A stretch of 64,000 nucleotides of DNA. It comes from Antedon mediterranea. Taxonomy: Eukaryota; Animalia; Echinodermata. The translations under genes were made by a program, and so were the position numbers. The stretch lies in NCBI RefSeq assembly GCF_964355755.1, contig NC_092678.1:9378422-9442421 (forward strand), read 5' to 3'. Below the pieces are notes generated by a model. It did not search any database. It saw only the letters and a list, made by a program, of their open reading frames with translations, and was not told where the DNA came from. Below are positions 12,694 to 27,103 of this stretch, in pieces. The stretch's first letter is position 1. The number at the start of each line of letters is the position of its first letter.

Positions 12694-15600
12694 AGCGAGA
12701 GCGATAGATCAGCGGGAGAGAGATCAGCGAGAGGGAAATCAGTGAGGGAGAGATAAGCGAGAGAGAGAGATCTGCGAGAGAGAGATCAGTGGGAGAGATA
12801 ACGAGAGAGAGATCAGCGAGAGAGAGATCAGCAAGAGAGTAAGATAAGCGAGAGAGAGAGATCAGCGATAGAGAGATCAGTGAGAGGGAGAGAGAGAAAG
12901 ATCAGCCAGAGAGAGAGAGAGAGAGAGATCAGCGGGTGAGAGATCAGCGAGAGACAAATCAGCGAGAGAGAAAGATAAGCGAGAGATAGAGAGAGATCAG
13001 CGAGAGAGATAAGCGAGAGGGGGAGAGAGAGATAGATCAGCGAGAGAGAGATAGATCAGCGAGAGAGAGATAGATCAGCGAGAGAGAGATTGATAAGCGA
13101 GAGAGAGATAGATCAGCAAGATAGAGATTGATCAGCGAGAGAGAGATAGATCAGCGAGAGAGAGAGATAGATCAGCGAGAGAGAGAGAGATAGATAGATC
13201 AGCAAGAGAGAGATCAGCGAGAGAGAGATCAGTGAGAGAGAGATCAGCGAGAGATAGATCAGCGAGAGATAGATCAGTGAGAGAGAGATTAGCGAGAGAG
13301 AGATCAGCGAGAGGGAGACATCAGCGAGAGAGAGAGATATCAGCGAGAGAGAGATCAGCGAGAGAGAGAACAGCGAGAGAGAGAGAGAGATAGATCAGCG
13401 AGAGAGAAGAGAGATAGATCAGCCAGAGATAGATAGATAGATCAGCGAGAGAGATAGAGATAGATCAGCGAGAGAGAGATAGCTCAGCCAGAGAGAGATA
13501 GATAGATCAGCGAGAGAGAGAGATAGATAGATCAGCGAGGGAGAGAGAGATAGATCAGCGAGAGAGAGATAGATAGATCAGCGAGAGAGAGAGAAAGATA
13601 GATCAGTGAGAGAGATAGATAGATCAGTGAGAGAGAGAGAGAGATAGATAGATCAGCGATAGAGATAGATAGATCAGCGAGAGAGAGATTGATAGATCAG
13701 CGAGAGAGAGATAGATAGATCAGCGAGAGAGAGATAGATAGATCAGCGAGAGAGTGAGAGATAGATCAGCGTGAGAGAGAGAGAGATAGATCAGTGAGAG
13801 AGCGATAAATAGATCAGCGAGAGAGAGAGAGATAGATCAGCGAGAGACAGATAGATAGATCAGCAAGAGAGATATAGATAGATCTGCGAGAGAGATATAG
13901 ATAGATCAGCGAGAGAGAGAGATAGATCAGCCAGGGAGAGATAGATAGATCAGCGAGAGAGATAGAGATAGATCAGCGAGAGAGATAGATCAGCGAGAGA
14001 GAGATAGATCAGCGAGAGAGAGATAGATCAGCGAGAGAGAGATAGAACAGCGAGAGAGAGATAGATCAGCAAGAGAGAGATAGATCAGCGAGAGAGAGAT
14101 AGATCAGCGAGAAAGAGATTGATAAGCGAGAGAGAGATAGATCAGCGAGATAGAGATTGATCAGCGAGAGAGAGATAGATCAGCGAGAGAGAGATAGATC
14201 AGTGAGCGAGAGAGATAGATCAGTGAGAGAGAGATAGATCAGAGAGAGAGAGATAGATCAGCGAGAGAGAGAGAGAGAGAGAGAGATAGATCAGCGAGAG
14301 AGAGATAGATCAGCGAGAGAGAGAGAGATAGATCAGCAAGAGAGAAATAGATAGATCAGCGAGAGAGAGAGATAGATCAGCGAGAGAGAGAGATAGATCA
14401 GCGAGAGAGAGATAGATCAGCGAGAGAGAGATAGATCAGCGAGAGAGAGATAGATCAGCGAGAGAGAGATAGATCAGCGAGAGAGAGAGATAGATCAGCG
14501 AGAGAGATAGATCAGCGAGAGAGAGATAGATCAGCGAGAGAGAGAGATAGGTCAGCGAGAGAGAGATAGATCAGCGAGAGAGAGATAGATCAGCGAGAGA
14601 GAGATAGATCAGCGAGAGAGAGAGAGAGAGAGAGATTGATCAGCGAGAGAGAGATAGATCAGCGAGAGAGAGATTGATCAGCGAGAGATATAGATCAGCG
14701 AGAGAGAGATAGATCAGAGAGAGAGATAGATCAGCGAGAGAGAGAGATAGATAGATCAGCGAGAGAGATAGATCAGCCAGAGAGAGATAGATAGATCAGC
14801 GAGAGAGAGAGAGAGATAGATCAGCGAGAGAGAGATAGATAGATCAGCGAGGGAGAGATAGATAGATCAGCGAGAGAGAGATAGATAGATAGATCAGCGA
14901 GAGAGAGAGAGAGATAGATCAGCCAGAGAGAGATAGATAGATCAGCGAGAGAGATAGAGATAGATCAGCGAGAGAGAGATAGATAGATCAGCGAGAGAGA
15001 GATAGATAGATCAGCGAGAGAGAGATAGATAGATCAGCGAGAGAGAGAGAGATAGATCAGCGAGAGAGAGAGAGAGAAATAGATCAGCGAGAGAGAGAGA
15101 GAGAGAGATAGATCAGCGAAAGAGAGATAAATAGATCAGCGAGAGAGAGATAGATCAGCGAGAGAGAGAGAGATAGATAGATCAGCGAGAGAGAGAGAGA
15201 TAGATCAGCCAGAGATAGATAGATAGATCAGCGAGAGAGATAGAGATAGATCAGCGAGAGAGAGATAGATCAGCGAGAGAGAGATAGATCAGCGAGAGAG
15301 AGAGAGATAGATCAGAGAGAGATAGATAGATCAGCGAGAGAGAGAGAGAGAGATAGCTCAGCCAGAGAGAGATAGATAGATCAGCGAGAGAGAGATAGAT
15401 AGATCAGCGAGAGAGAGAGAGATAGATCAGCGAGAGAGAGAGAGAGATAGATAGATCAGCGAGAGAGAGAGAGAAAGATAGATCAGTGAGAGAGATAGAT
15501 AGATCAGTGAGAGAGATAGATAGATCAGCGAGAGAGAGATTGATAGATCAGCGAGAGAGAGATAGATAGATCAGCGAGAGAGAGATAGATAGATCAGCGA

Positions 15601-16398
15601 GAGAGAGAGAGATAGATCAGCGTGAGAGAGAGATAGATCAGTGAGAGAGCGATAAATAGATCAGCGAGAGAGAGAGAGATAGATCAGCAAGAGACAGATA
15701 GATAGATCAGCGAGAAAGATATAGATAGATCAGCGAGAGAGAGATAGATAGATCAGCGAGAGAGAGAGATAAATCAACCAGGGAGAGATAGATAGATCAG
15801 CGAGAGAGATAGAGATAGATCAGCGAGAGAAATAGATCAGCGAGAGAGATAGATCAGCGAGAGAGAAAGATAGATCAGCGAGAGAGAGAGAGAGATAGAT
15901 CAGCGAGAGAGAGAGAGAGATAGATCAGCGAGAGAGAGATATATCAGCAAGAGAGAGAGATAGATCAGCGAGAGAGAGATAGATCAACGAGAGAGAGAGA
16001 GATAGATCAGCGAGAGAGAGAGAGATAGATAAGCGAGAGAGAGATAGATCAACGGGAGAGAGATAGATCAGCGAGAGAGAGATAGATCAGCGAGAGAGAG
16101 ATAGATCAGCGAGAGAGAGATAGATCAGCGAGAGAGAGAGAGAGATAGATCAGCGAGAGAGAGATAGATCAGCGAGACACAGATAGAACAGCGAGAGAGA
16201 GATAGATCAGCGAGACACAGATAGATCAGCGAGAGAGAGATAGATCAGCGAGAGACAGATAGATCAGCGACAGACAGATAGATCAGCGAGAGACAGATAG
16301 ATCAGCGAGAGACAGATAGATCAGAGACAGACAGATAGATCAGCGACAGACAGATAGATCAGCGAAAGACAGATAGATCCGCGACAGACAGATAGGAG
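9938..16398 (+). repeat. GATCAGC(GA)n array continued; changes to the GATAGATCAGC(GA)n subtype near 13030 and to a GACAGATAGATCAGC subtype near 16170
   Basis: Seen directly in the repeat units. Confidence 0.97.
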
Positions 16399-16399
16399 A

Positions 16400-16697
16400 G
16401 AGGAATTTTTTCGCAAAATGACAAAAATTTCCACCTTTTAAAATTCAATAATTAGACTATAATATTGCCATTTATGCACATATGTTGTGTAAACATCAAC
16501 TTATAGAGCCATAGTAACTAGTTATGTCAAAAAATAAAAGGTTTGAAATTTCGCCATTTTTGCGATAATTTCCCTGCACCATACGATTTTTTTTCGAAAA
16601 CGACCAAAATTTCCACCTTTTTAAATTCTATAATTAGGCTATAATATTGCCATTTATGCACATATATTGTGTTAACATCATCTTATACAGCCATAGA
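16400..16697 (+). repeat. About 1.5 monomers of the ~187-bp satellite
   Basis: Same CTATAATATTGCCATTTATGCACATAT...CTTATAGAGCCATAGTAACTAGTTATGTC core as 23.9-29.4 kb. Confidence 0.9.
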
Positions 16698-16706
16698 AAC
16701 TCTCTT

Positions 16707-19700
16707 GTCTAAAACGGTTTCTAATGTGATTTTAAGCACTTTGATGTTTTTGTGTAACCAAGTTTCATTGAAATGCACAAAATGATCTAAAACGTCTCCA
16801 AATGCGATTTGAAGCTATTCTAAGCACTTTTGTGTTTTTATGTTAACAAGTTTTTTCGAAAATCACAAAATGGTCTAAAACGTCTCCAAATGCGATTTGA
16901 AGCTATTCTGTACACTTTGATGTTTTGTGTGAAAAAGTTTGGTCGAAATGCTCAAAATGGTCTAAAACGTTTTTAAATACGATTTGAAGCTACTCTTAGC
17001 ACTTTGGTGTTTTTTGTGTGAATAGTTTTATCGAAATGCTCAAAATGGTCTAAAACGGTTTCTAATGTGATTTTAAGCACTTTGATGTTTTTGTGTAACC
17101 AAGTTTCATCGAAATGAACAAAATGGTCCAAAACGTCTCCAAATGCGATTTTAAGCTATTCTTAGCCATTTGGTGTTTTTCTGTTAACAAGTTTTTACGA
17201 AAATCACAAAATTGTCTAAAACGTCTCCAAATGCGATTTTAAGCTATTCTGTACACTTTGATGTTTTGTTTGAAAAAGTTTTGTCGAAATGCTCAAAATG
17301 GTCTAAAACGTTTTTAAATACGATTTGAAGCTACTCTTAGCACTTTGGTGTTTTTGTGTGAAAAGTTGTATTGAAATGCACAAAATGGTCTAAAACGTCT
17401 CCAAATGCGATTTGAAGCTATTCTGTACACTTTGATGTTTTGTGTGAAAAAGTTTTGTCGAAATGCTCAAAATGGTCTAAAACGTTTTTAAATACGATAT
17501 TAAGCTATTTTGTGATCTTTGATGTTTTTTGTGAAAAGTTTTATCGAAATGCTCAAAATGGTCTAAAACGTTTTTAAATACGATATTAAGCTATTTTGTG
17601 ATCTTTGATGTTTTTGTGTGAAAAGTTTTATTGAAATGCTCAAAATGGTCTAAAACGGTTTCTTATGTGATTTTAAGCACTTTGATGTTTTTGTGTAACC
17701 AAGTTTCATTGAAATGCACAAAATGATCTAAAACGTCTCCAAATGCGATTTGAAGCTATTCGTAGTACTTTGGTGTTTTTATGTTTACAAGTTTTTTCGA
17801 AAATCACAAAATGGTCTAAAACGTCTCCAAATGCGATTTGAAGCTATTCTGTACACTTTGATTTTTTGTGTTAAAAAGTTTTGTCGAAATGCTAAAAATG
17901 GTCTAAAACGTTTTTAAATACGATATTAAGCTATTTGTGATCTTTGATGTTTTTGTGTGAAAAGTTTTATCGAAATGCTCAAAATGGTCTAAAACGGTCT
18001 CTACTATGATTTTAAGCACTTTGATGTTTTTGTGTAACCAAGTTTCATCGAAATGAACAAAATGGTCCAAAACGTCTCCAAATGCGATTTTAAGCTATTC
18101 TTAGCACTTTGGTGTTTTTCTGTTAACAAGTTTTTTCGAAATGAACAAAATTGTCTAAAACGTCTCCAAATGCGATTTGAAGCTATTCTGTACACTTTGA
18201 TGTTTTGTGTGAAAAAGTTTTTTCGAAATGCTCAAAATGGTCTTAAACGTTTTAAAATACCATATTAAGCTATTTTGTGCACTTTGATGTTTTTGTGTAA
18301 CCAAGTTTCATCGAAATGAACAAAATTGTCCAAAACATCTCCAAATGCGATTTGAAGCTATTCTAAGCACTTTGGTGTTTTTATGTTAACACGTTTTTTC
18401 GAAAAACGCAAAATGGTCTAAAACGTCTCCAAATGCGATTTGAAGCTATTCTTAGCACTTTGGTGTTTTTATGTTAACAAGTTTTTTCGAAATTCACATA
18501 ATGGTCTAAGAAGTCTCCAATTGCGAATTGAAGCTATTTTGTGCTCTTTGATGTTTTTGTGTGAAAAGTTTTATTGAAATGCTCAAAATGGTCTAAAACG
18601 TTTTCAAATATCATATTAAGCTATTTCGTGCACTTTGATGTTTTTGTGTGAAAAGTTTTATCGAAATGCTCAAAATGGTCTAAACGGTTTCAAATGTGAT
18701 TTTAAGCACTTTGATGTTTTTGTGTACCCAAGTTTCATCGAAATGAACAAAATGCTCTAAGACGTCTCCAAATTCGATTTGAAGCTATTCTTAGCTCTTT
18801 GGTGTTTTTATGTTAACAACTTTTTTCGAAAATTACAAAATGGTCTAAAACGTCTCCAAAAGCGATTTGAAGCTATTCTGTACACTTTGATGTTTTGTGT
18901 GAAAAAGTTTTGTCGAAATGCACAAAATGGTCTAAAACGTCTCTAAATGCAATTTGAAGCTAATATTAGCTCTTTGGTGTTTTTATGTTAAAAAGTTTTT
19001 TCGAAAATCAGAAAATGGTCTAAAACGTCTCCAAATGCTATTTGTAGCTATTCTGTACACTTTGATGTTTTGTGTGAAAAAGTTTTGTCGAATTGCTCAA
19101 AATGGTCTAAAACGTTTTTAAATACGATATTAAGCTATTTTATGCTCTTTTATGTTTTTGTGTGAAAATTTTTTTCGAAATTCTCAAAATGGTCTAAAAC
19201 GTCTCCAAATGCGATTTTAAGCTATTCTGTACACTTTGATGTTTTTAACACTTTGGTGTTTTTATGTTAACAAGTTTTTTCGAAAATCATAAAATGGTCT
19301 AAAACGTCTCCAAATGCGATTTGAAGCTATTCTAAGCACTTTGGTGTCTTTTATGTTAACAAGTTTTTTCGAAAATCACAAAATGGTTTAAATCGTCTCC
19401 TAATACGATTTGAAGCTATTCTGTACACTTTGATGTTTTGTGTGAAAAAGTTTTGTCGAAATGCACAAAATGGTCTAAAACGTTTTTAAATACAATATTA
19501 AGCTATTTTGTGTACTTTGATGTTTTGTGTGAAAAGTCTTAACGAAATGCTCAAAATGGTCTAAAACGGTTTCTAATGCGATTTTAAGCACTTTGATGTT
19601 TTTGTGTAACCAAGTTTCATCGAAATGCACAAATTGGTCTAAAACCTCTACAAATGCGATTTGAAGCTATTATTTGCTCTTTGGTGTTTTTATGTTAACA

Positions 19701-22700
19701 AGTTTTGTTGAAAATCACAAAATGGTCTAAAACGTCTCCAAATGCGATTTGAAGCTATTCTGTACACTTTGATGTTTTGTGTGAAAAAGTTTTGTCGAAA
19801 TGCTCGAAATGGTCTAAAACATTTTTAAATACGATATAGCTATTTTGTGATCTTTGATGTTTTTGTGTGAAAAGTTTTATAGAAATGCTCAAAATGGTCT
19901 AAAACGGTTTCTAATGCGATTTGAAGCTATTCTGTACACTTTGAAGTTTTGTGTGAAAAAGTTTCATTGAAATGCACAAAATGATCTAAAACGTCTCCAA
20001 ATGCGATTTGAAGCTATTCTTAGCACTTTGGTGTTTTTATGTTAACAAGTTTTTTCGAAAATCACAAAATGGTCTAAAACGTCTCCAAATGCGATTTGAA
20101 ACTATTCTGTACACTTTGATGTTTTGTGTGAAAAAGTTTTGTCGAAATTCTCAAAATGGTCTAAAACGTTTTTAAATACAATTTGAAGCTACTCTTAGCA
20201 CGTTGGTGTTTTTATGTTAACAAGTTTTTTGGAAAATCACAAAATGGTCTAAATGGTCTCCAAATGCGATTTGAAGCTATTCTGTATACTTTCATATTTT
20301 GTTTGAAAAAGTTTTGTCGAAATGCTCAAAATGGTCTAAAACGTTTTTAAATACGATTTGAAGCTACTCTTAGCACTTTGGTGTTTTTGTGTGAAAAGTT
20401 GTATTGAAATGCACAAAATGGTCTAAAACGTCTCTAAATGCAATTTGAAGCTAATATTAGCTCTTTGGTGTTTTTATGTTAAAAAGTTTTTTCGAAAATC
20501 AGAAAATGGTCTAAAACGTCTCCAAATGCTATTTGTAGCTATTCTGTACACTTTGATGTTTTGTGTGAAAAAGTTTTGTCGAATTGCTCAAAATGGTCTA
20601 AAACGTTTTTAAATACGATATTAAGCTATTTTATGCTCTTTTATGTTTTTGTGTGAAAATTTTTTTCGAAATTCGCAAAATGGTCTAAAACGTCTCCAAA
20701 TGCGATTTTAAGCTATTCTGTACACTTTGATGTTTTTAACACTTTGGTGTTTTTATGTTAACAAGTTTTTTCGAAAATCATAAAATGGTCTAAAACGTCT
20801 CCAAATGCGATTTGAAGCTATTCTAAGCACTTTGGTGTCTTTTATGTTAACAAGTTTTTTCGAAAATCACAAAATGGTTTAAATCGTCTCCTAATACGAT
20901 TTGAAGCTATTCTGTACACTTTGATGTTTTGTGTGAAAAAGTTTTGTCGAAATGCACAAAATGGTCTAAAACGTTTTTAAATACAATATTAAGCTATTTT
21001 GTGTACTTTGATGTTTTGTGTGAAAAGTCTTAACGAAATGCTCAAAATGGTCTAAAACGGTTTCTAATGCGATTTTAAGCACTTTGATGTTTTTGTGTAA
21101 CCAAGTTTCATCGAAATGCACAAATTGGTCTAAAACCTCTACAAATGCGATTTGAAGCTATTATTTGCTCTTTGGTGTTTTTATGTTAACAAGTTTTGTT
21201 GAAAATCACAAAATGGTCTAAAACGTCTCCAAATGCGATTTGAAGCTATTCTGTACACTTTGATGTTTTGTGTGAAAAAGTTTTGTCGAAATGCTCGAAA
21301 TGGTCTAAAACATTTTTAAATACGATATAGCTATTTTGTGATCTTTGATGTTTTTGTGTGAAAAGTTTTATAGAAATGCTCAAAATGGTCTAAAACGGTT
21401 TCTAATGCGATTTGAAGCTATTCTGTACACTTTGAAGTTTTGTGTGAAAAAGTTTCATTGAAATGCACAAAATGATCTAAAACGTCTCCAAATGCGATTT
21501 GAAGCTATTCTTAGCACTTTGGTGTTTTTATGTTAACAAGTTTTTTCGAAAATCACAAAATGGTCTAAAACGTCTCCAAATGCGATTTGAAACTATTCTG
21601 TACACTTTGATGTTTTGTGTGAAAAAGTTTTGTCGAAATTCTCAAAATGGTCTAAAACGTTTTTAAATACAATTTGAAGCTACTCTTAGCACGTTGGTGT
21701 TTTTATGTTAACAAGTTTTTTGGAAAATCACAAAATGGTCTAAATGGTCTCCAAATGCGATTTGAAGCTATTCTGTATACTTTCATATTTTGTTTGAAAA
21801 AGTTTTGTCGAAATGCTCAAAATGGTCTAAAACGTTTTTAAATACGATTTGAAGCTACTCTTAGCACTTTGGTGTTTTTGTGTGAAAAGTTGTATTGAAA
21901 TGCACAAAATGGTCTAAAACGTCTCCAAATGCGATTTGAAGCTATTCTGTACACTTTGATGTTTTGTGTGAAAAAGTTTTGTCGAAATGCTCAAAATGGT
22001 CTAAAACGTTTTTAAATACGATATTAAGCTATTTTGTGATCTTTGATGTTTTTTGTGAAAAGTTTTATCGAAATGCTCAAAATGGTCTAAAATGTTTTTA
22101 AATACGATATTAAGCTATTTTGTGCACTTTGATGTTTTTGTGTGAAAAGTTTTATTGAAATGCTCAAAATGGTCTAAAACGGTTTCTTATGTGATTTTAA
22201 GCACTTTGATGTTTTTGTGTAACCAAGTTTCATTGAAATGCACAAAATGATCTAAAACGTTTCCAAATGCGATTTGAAGCTATTCTTAGTACTTTGGTGT
22301 TTTTATGTTTACAAGTTTTTTCGAAAATCACAAAATGGTCTAAAACGTCTCCAAATGCGATTTGAAGCTATTCTGTACACTTTGATGTTTTGTGTTAAAA
22401 AGTTTTGTCGAAATGCTAAAAATGGTCTAAAACGTTTTTAAATACGATATTAAGCTATTTGTGATCTTTGATGTTTTTGTGTGAAAAGTTTTATCGAAAT
22501 GCTCAAAATGGTCTAAAACGGTTTCTAATATGATTTTAAGCACTTTGATGTTTTTGTGTAACCAAGTTTCATCGAAATGAACAAAATGGTCCAAAACGTC
22601 TCCAAATGCGATTTTAAGCTATTCTTAGCACTTTGGTGTTTTTCTGTTAACAAGTTTTTTCGAAATGAACAAAATTGTCTAAAACGTCTCCAAATGCGAT

Positions 22701-23415
22701 TTGAAGCTATTCTGTACACTTTGATGTTTTGTGTGAAAAAGTTTTGTCGAAATGCTCAAAATGGTCTTAAACGTTTTCAAATACCATATTAAGCTATTTT
22801 GTGCACTTTGATGTTTTTGTGTAACCAAGTTTCATCGAAATGAACAAAATGGTCCAAAACGTCTCCAAATGCGATTTGAAGCTATTCTAAGCACTTTGGT
22901 GTTTTTATGTTAACAAGTTTTTTCGAAAATCATAAAATGGTCTAAAACGTCTCCAAATGCGATTTGAAGCTATTCTAAGCACTTTGGTGTTTTTTATGTT
23001 AACAATTTTTTTTCGAAAATCACAAAATGGTCTAAATCGTCTCCTAATGCGATTTGAAGCTATTCTGTACACTTTGATGTTTTGTGTGAAAAAGTTTTGT
23101 CGAAAATCACAAAATGGTCTAAAACGTCTCCAAATGCGATTTGAAGCTATTCTTATCACTTTGATGTTTTTATGTTAACAAGTTTTTTCGAAAATCACAA
23201 AATGGTCTAAAACGTCTCCAAATGCGATTTGAAGCTATTCTGTACACTTTGATGTTTTGTGTGAAAAAGTTTTGTCGAAATGCTCAAAATGGTCTAAAAC
23301 GTTTTTAAATGCGATTTGAAGCTATTCTTTGCTTTTTGGTGTTTTTATGTTAACAAGTTTTTTCGAAAATCACAAAATGGTCTAAAACGTCTCCAAATGC
23401 GATTTGAAGCTATTG
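16707..23415 (+). repeat. 87-bp tandem satellite with higher-order structure
   Basis: Monomer AAAATGGTCTAAAACGTCTCCAAATGCGATTTGAAGCTATTCTGTACACTTTGATGTTTTGTGTGAAAAAGTTTTGTCGAAATGCTC. 1491-bp tandem duplication (e.g. 18941 vs 20432; 19631 vs 21122). A 4524-bp offset repeat (18053 vs 22577) equals 52 x 87. Confidence 0.96.
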
Positions 23416-23900
23416 TATAGTACAGGGATTTGTCGAAAAAATTGCAAATTTTCGACATTTTGTTTTTGCGCTAAAACTGGTTACTATAGCACAATTAACA
23501 TGCGCAGAACCATTATTCGACTCTGCGCATGTTTATTATGCAATAGTAACCATTTATGTCTACAAATAAAGGGGTCGAAAATTGTCAATTTTTCGAAAAA
23601 ATCCCTGTACTATAGTATGCACAGAACCCATTATTCGACTCTGTGCATGTTTATTATGCTATAGTAAGCATTAATGTAAAAAGTGAAAGGGACGAAAATT
23701 AGCCGTTTTGCGAAAAAATCCCTGTAATAGTACAAGGATTTTTTTCAAAAAATACCCAATTTTGAACTTTTTTATTTTTTACATAAATGCTTACTATAGC
23801 CATGGAGACTCCATGCTATAGCATAATAAATAACAATTGACATGCGCAGAACGCATTATTCGACATTGCGCATGTTTATTATGCTATAGTAACCATTTAT
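23416..23900. repeat. Fold-back (palindromic) ~200-bp unit plus partial copies at the junction of the two satellites
   Basis: 23416-23614 begins TATAGTACAGGGATT and ends AATCCCTGTACTATA, with nested inverted repeats GGTTACTATAGCA/TGCAATAGTAACC and AACATGCGCAGA/TCTGCGCATGTT. Confidence 0.8.
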
Positions 23901-26122
23901 GCTATAATATTGCCATTTATGCAAATTTACTGTGCTAACATCATCTTACAGAGCCATAGTAACTAGTTATGTCAAAAAATAAAAGGATCGAAATTTGGTC
24001 ATTTTCCGAAAATTTCCCTGAAATCAAAAATGTCCACCTTAAAATTCAATAATTAGGCTATAATATATGCATTTATGCACATATATTGTGTTAACACCAT
24101 CTTATAAAGCCATAGTAACGAGTTATGTCAACAAATAAAAGGGTCGAAACTTGGCCATTTTTCGAAAAATTTCAAAAATGTCCACTTTTTAAAATTCGAA
24201 AATTATGCTACAATATTGCCATTTATGCAAATATATTGTGCTAACATCATCTTATAGAGACATAGCAGCTAGTTATGTCAAAAAAATAAAAGGGTCGAAA
24301 AATGGCAAAAATTCCCACTTTTTAAAATTCAATAATTATGCTATATTATTGCCATTTTTCCTGCGGGGAAGCACAAATATATTGTGCTAACATCATCTTA
24401 TAGAGCCATAGTAAGTAGTTATGTCAAAAAAATAAAAGGGTAAAAATTGGGCCATTTTTCGAAAATTTTCCAGCGGGGGAACATAGGAATTTTTTCGAAA
24501 AATGGCAAAAATTTCCACTTTTCAAAATTCAAAAATTATGCTATAATGTTGAAATTTATACAGATATATTTTGCTAACATCATCTTATATAGCCAGAGTA
24601 ACTAGTTATGTAAAAAAATAAAACGGTCGAAATTTGGCTATTTTTCGAAAATTTTCCTACGGGGGACCATAGGAATTTTTTCGAAAAATGACCAAAATTT
24701 CCACCTTTCAAAATTCAATAATTAGACTATAATATTGCCATTTATGCACATATTTTGTGTTAACATCATCTTATAGAGCCATAGTAACTAGTTATGTCAA
24801 AAATAAAAGGTTTAAAATTTGGCCATTTTTTTGAAAATTTCACTGCGGGGGATCATACGATTTTTTTCGAAAAATGGCAAAAATTCTCAATTTTTGAAAT
24901 TCAATAATTATGCATTATGCTATAACGTTGCCATTTATACAGATATATTTTGCTAACATTAACCAAAATGTCCACCGTTTAAAATTCAATAATTAGGCTA
25001 TAATATTGCCATTTATGCACATATATTGTGTTAACATCATCTTATAAAGCCATAGTAACGAGTTATGTCAAAAAATAAAAGGGTTGAAATTTGGCCATTT
25101 TTCGACAATTTCCCTACGGGGGATTATATGAATTTTTTCGAAAAATGGCAAAATTTTCCACTTTTTCAAATTCAATATGTTATAATATTGCCATTTATGC
25201 ACATATATTGTGTTGACATCATCTTAAAGAGCCATCGTAACTAGTTATGCCAAAAAAATAAAAGGGTCGAAAAATGGCAACATTTTCAACTTCTAAAAAT
25301 TAAATAATTATGCTATAATATTGCCATTTTTACAGATATATTTTGCTAACATCATCTTATAGAGCCATATTAAGGAATTATATCAAAAAATAAAAGGCTT
25401 GAAATTTGGCCATTTTTCGAAAATTTTTCTTGCGGGGGACCATAGGATTTTTTTTCGAAAAATGGACAAAATTTTCAATTTCTAAAATTCGAAAATTATG
25501 CTATAATATTGCCATTTATGCACATATATTGTGCTAACATCATCTGATAGAGCCATAGTTACTAGTTATGTCAAAAAATAAAAGGGTCGAAATTTGGCCA
25601 TTTTTCCAAAATTTTCCTGCGGCGACCATAGGAATTTTTTTGAAAAATGTCAAAAATTTCCACTTTTTAAAATTCGAAAATTATGCTACAATATTGCCAT
25701 TTATGCAAAGATATTGTGCTAACATCATCTTATAGAGACATAGCAGCTAGTTATGTCCAAAAAATAAAAGGGTCGAAAAATGGCAAAAATTCCCACTTTT
25801 TAAAATTCAATAATTATGCTATAATATTGCCATTTTTCCTGCGGGGAAGCACAAATATATTGGGCTAACATCATCTTATAGAGCCATAGTAAGTAGTTAT
25901 GTCAAAAAAATAAAAGGGTAAAATTGGGCCAGTTTTCGAAAATTTTCCAGCGGGGGAACATAGGAATTTTTTCGAAAAATGGAAAAAATTTCCACTTTTC
26001 AAAATTCAAAAATTATGCTATAATGTTGAAATTTATACAGATATATTTTGCGAACATTAACCAAAATGTCCACAGTTTAAAATTCAATAATTAGGCTATA
26101 ATATTGCCATTTATGCACATAT

Positions 26123-26599
26123 TATTATTATTATTATTATTATTTATTTCCTTTATTGCATCAAGTAAACAGTGATGAAGTTGACATAAATATAATAGTA
26201 AATATAAAAAATAAAAAAAACATAGTATAACACAGTCCAAACAAGTAATACTAAAATATATCATAGTCCACAAATCAGTCTTTCAATGGCCATCATAGTA
26301 CATCCAGTAACACAAACCAAAAGGGGTTCACAATTTGCTTATCATAACTCAGTTTCTGATCATTCACCAATCATTGAAAACTCCGTGGAAAGTAATGAAG
26401 TTTTTTGTGCGTTGTGTCCGGACTTTGGGGAGGGTGAACGATCTAACGCGTCGGAGCTGATGATTGTGTGTGGGAGGTCTAGGTAAGAGAGAGTGTAATA
26501 TATGATCTTCTTTTTTCATTTTATCAAAGAATTTTTTGACAACTTCTCGCGGCGTTCAGATAGAGTAATGATGTTAAGGTATCTGCGGGTATCAGCATA
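26123..26599 (-). mobile_element. 5'-truncated LINE 3' end (CR1/L2/Crack-like) inserted in the satellite
   Basis: Minus strand reads YADTRRYLNIITLSERREKLSK/FFDKMKKEDHILHSLLPRPPTHNHQLRRVRSFTLPKVRTQRTKNF (one frameshift), typical of an ORF2 C-terminus. (TAA)n tail at 26123-26143. 7-bp TSD CACATAT (26116-26122 and 26600-26606). Confidence 0.82.
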
Positions 26600-27103
26600 C
26601 ACATATATTGTGTTAACATCATCTTATAAAGCCATAGTAACGAGTTATGTCAAAAAATAAAGGGGTCGAAAATTGGCCATTTTTCGAAAATTTCCCTGCG
26701 GGGGACTATATGATTTTTTTTCGAAAAATGGCAAAATTGTCCACTTTTTCAAATTCAATAATTATTTTCTAATATTGCCATTTATGCACATATATTGTGT
26801 TAACATCATCTTATAGAGCCATCGTAACTAGTTATGTCAAACAAATGAAAGGGTCGAAAATGGCAACATTTTCCACTTTTAAAAATTAAATAATTATGCT
26901 ATAATATTGCCATTTATACAGATATATTTTGCTAACATCATCTTATAGAGCCATAGTAAGGAATTATATAAAAAAATAAAAGACTTTCATGCGGGGGACT
27001 ATAGGAATTTTTTCGAAAAATAACCAAAATTTCCACCTTTAAACTTCAATAATTAGGCTAACATCATTCTTATAGAGCCATAGTAACTAGTTATGTCAAA
27101 AAA

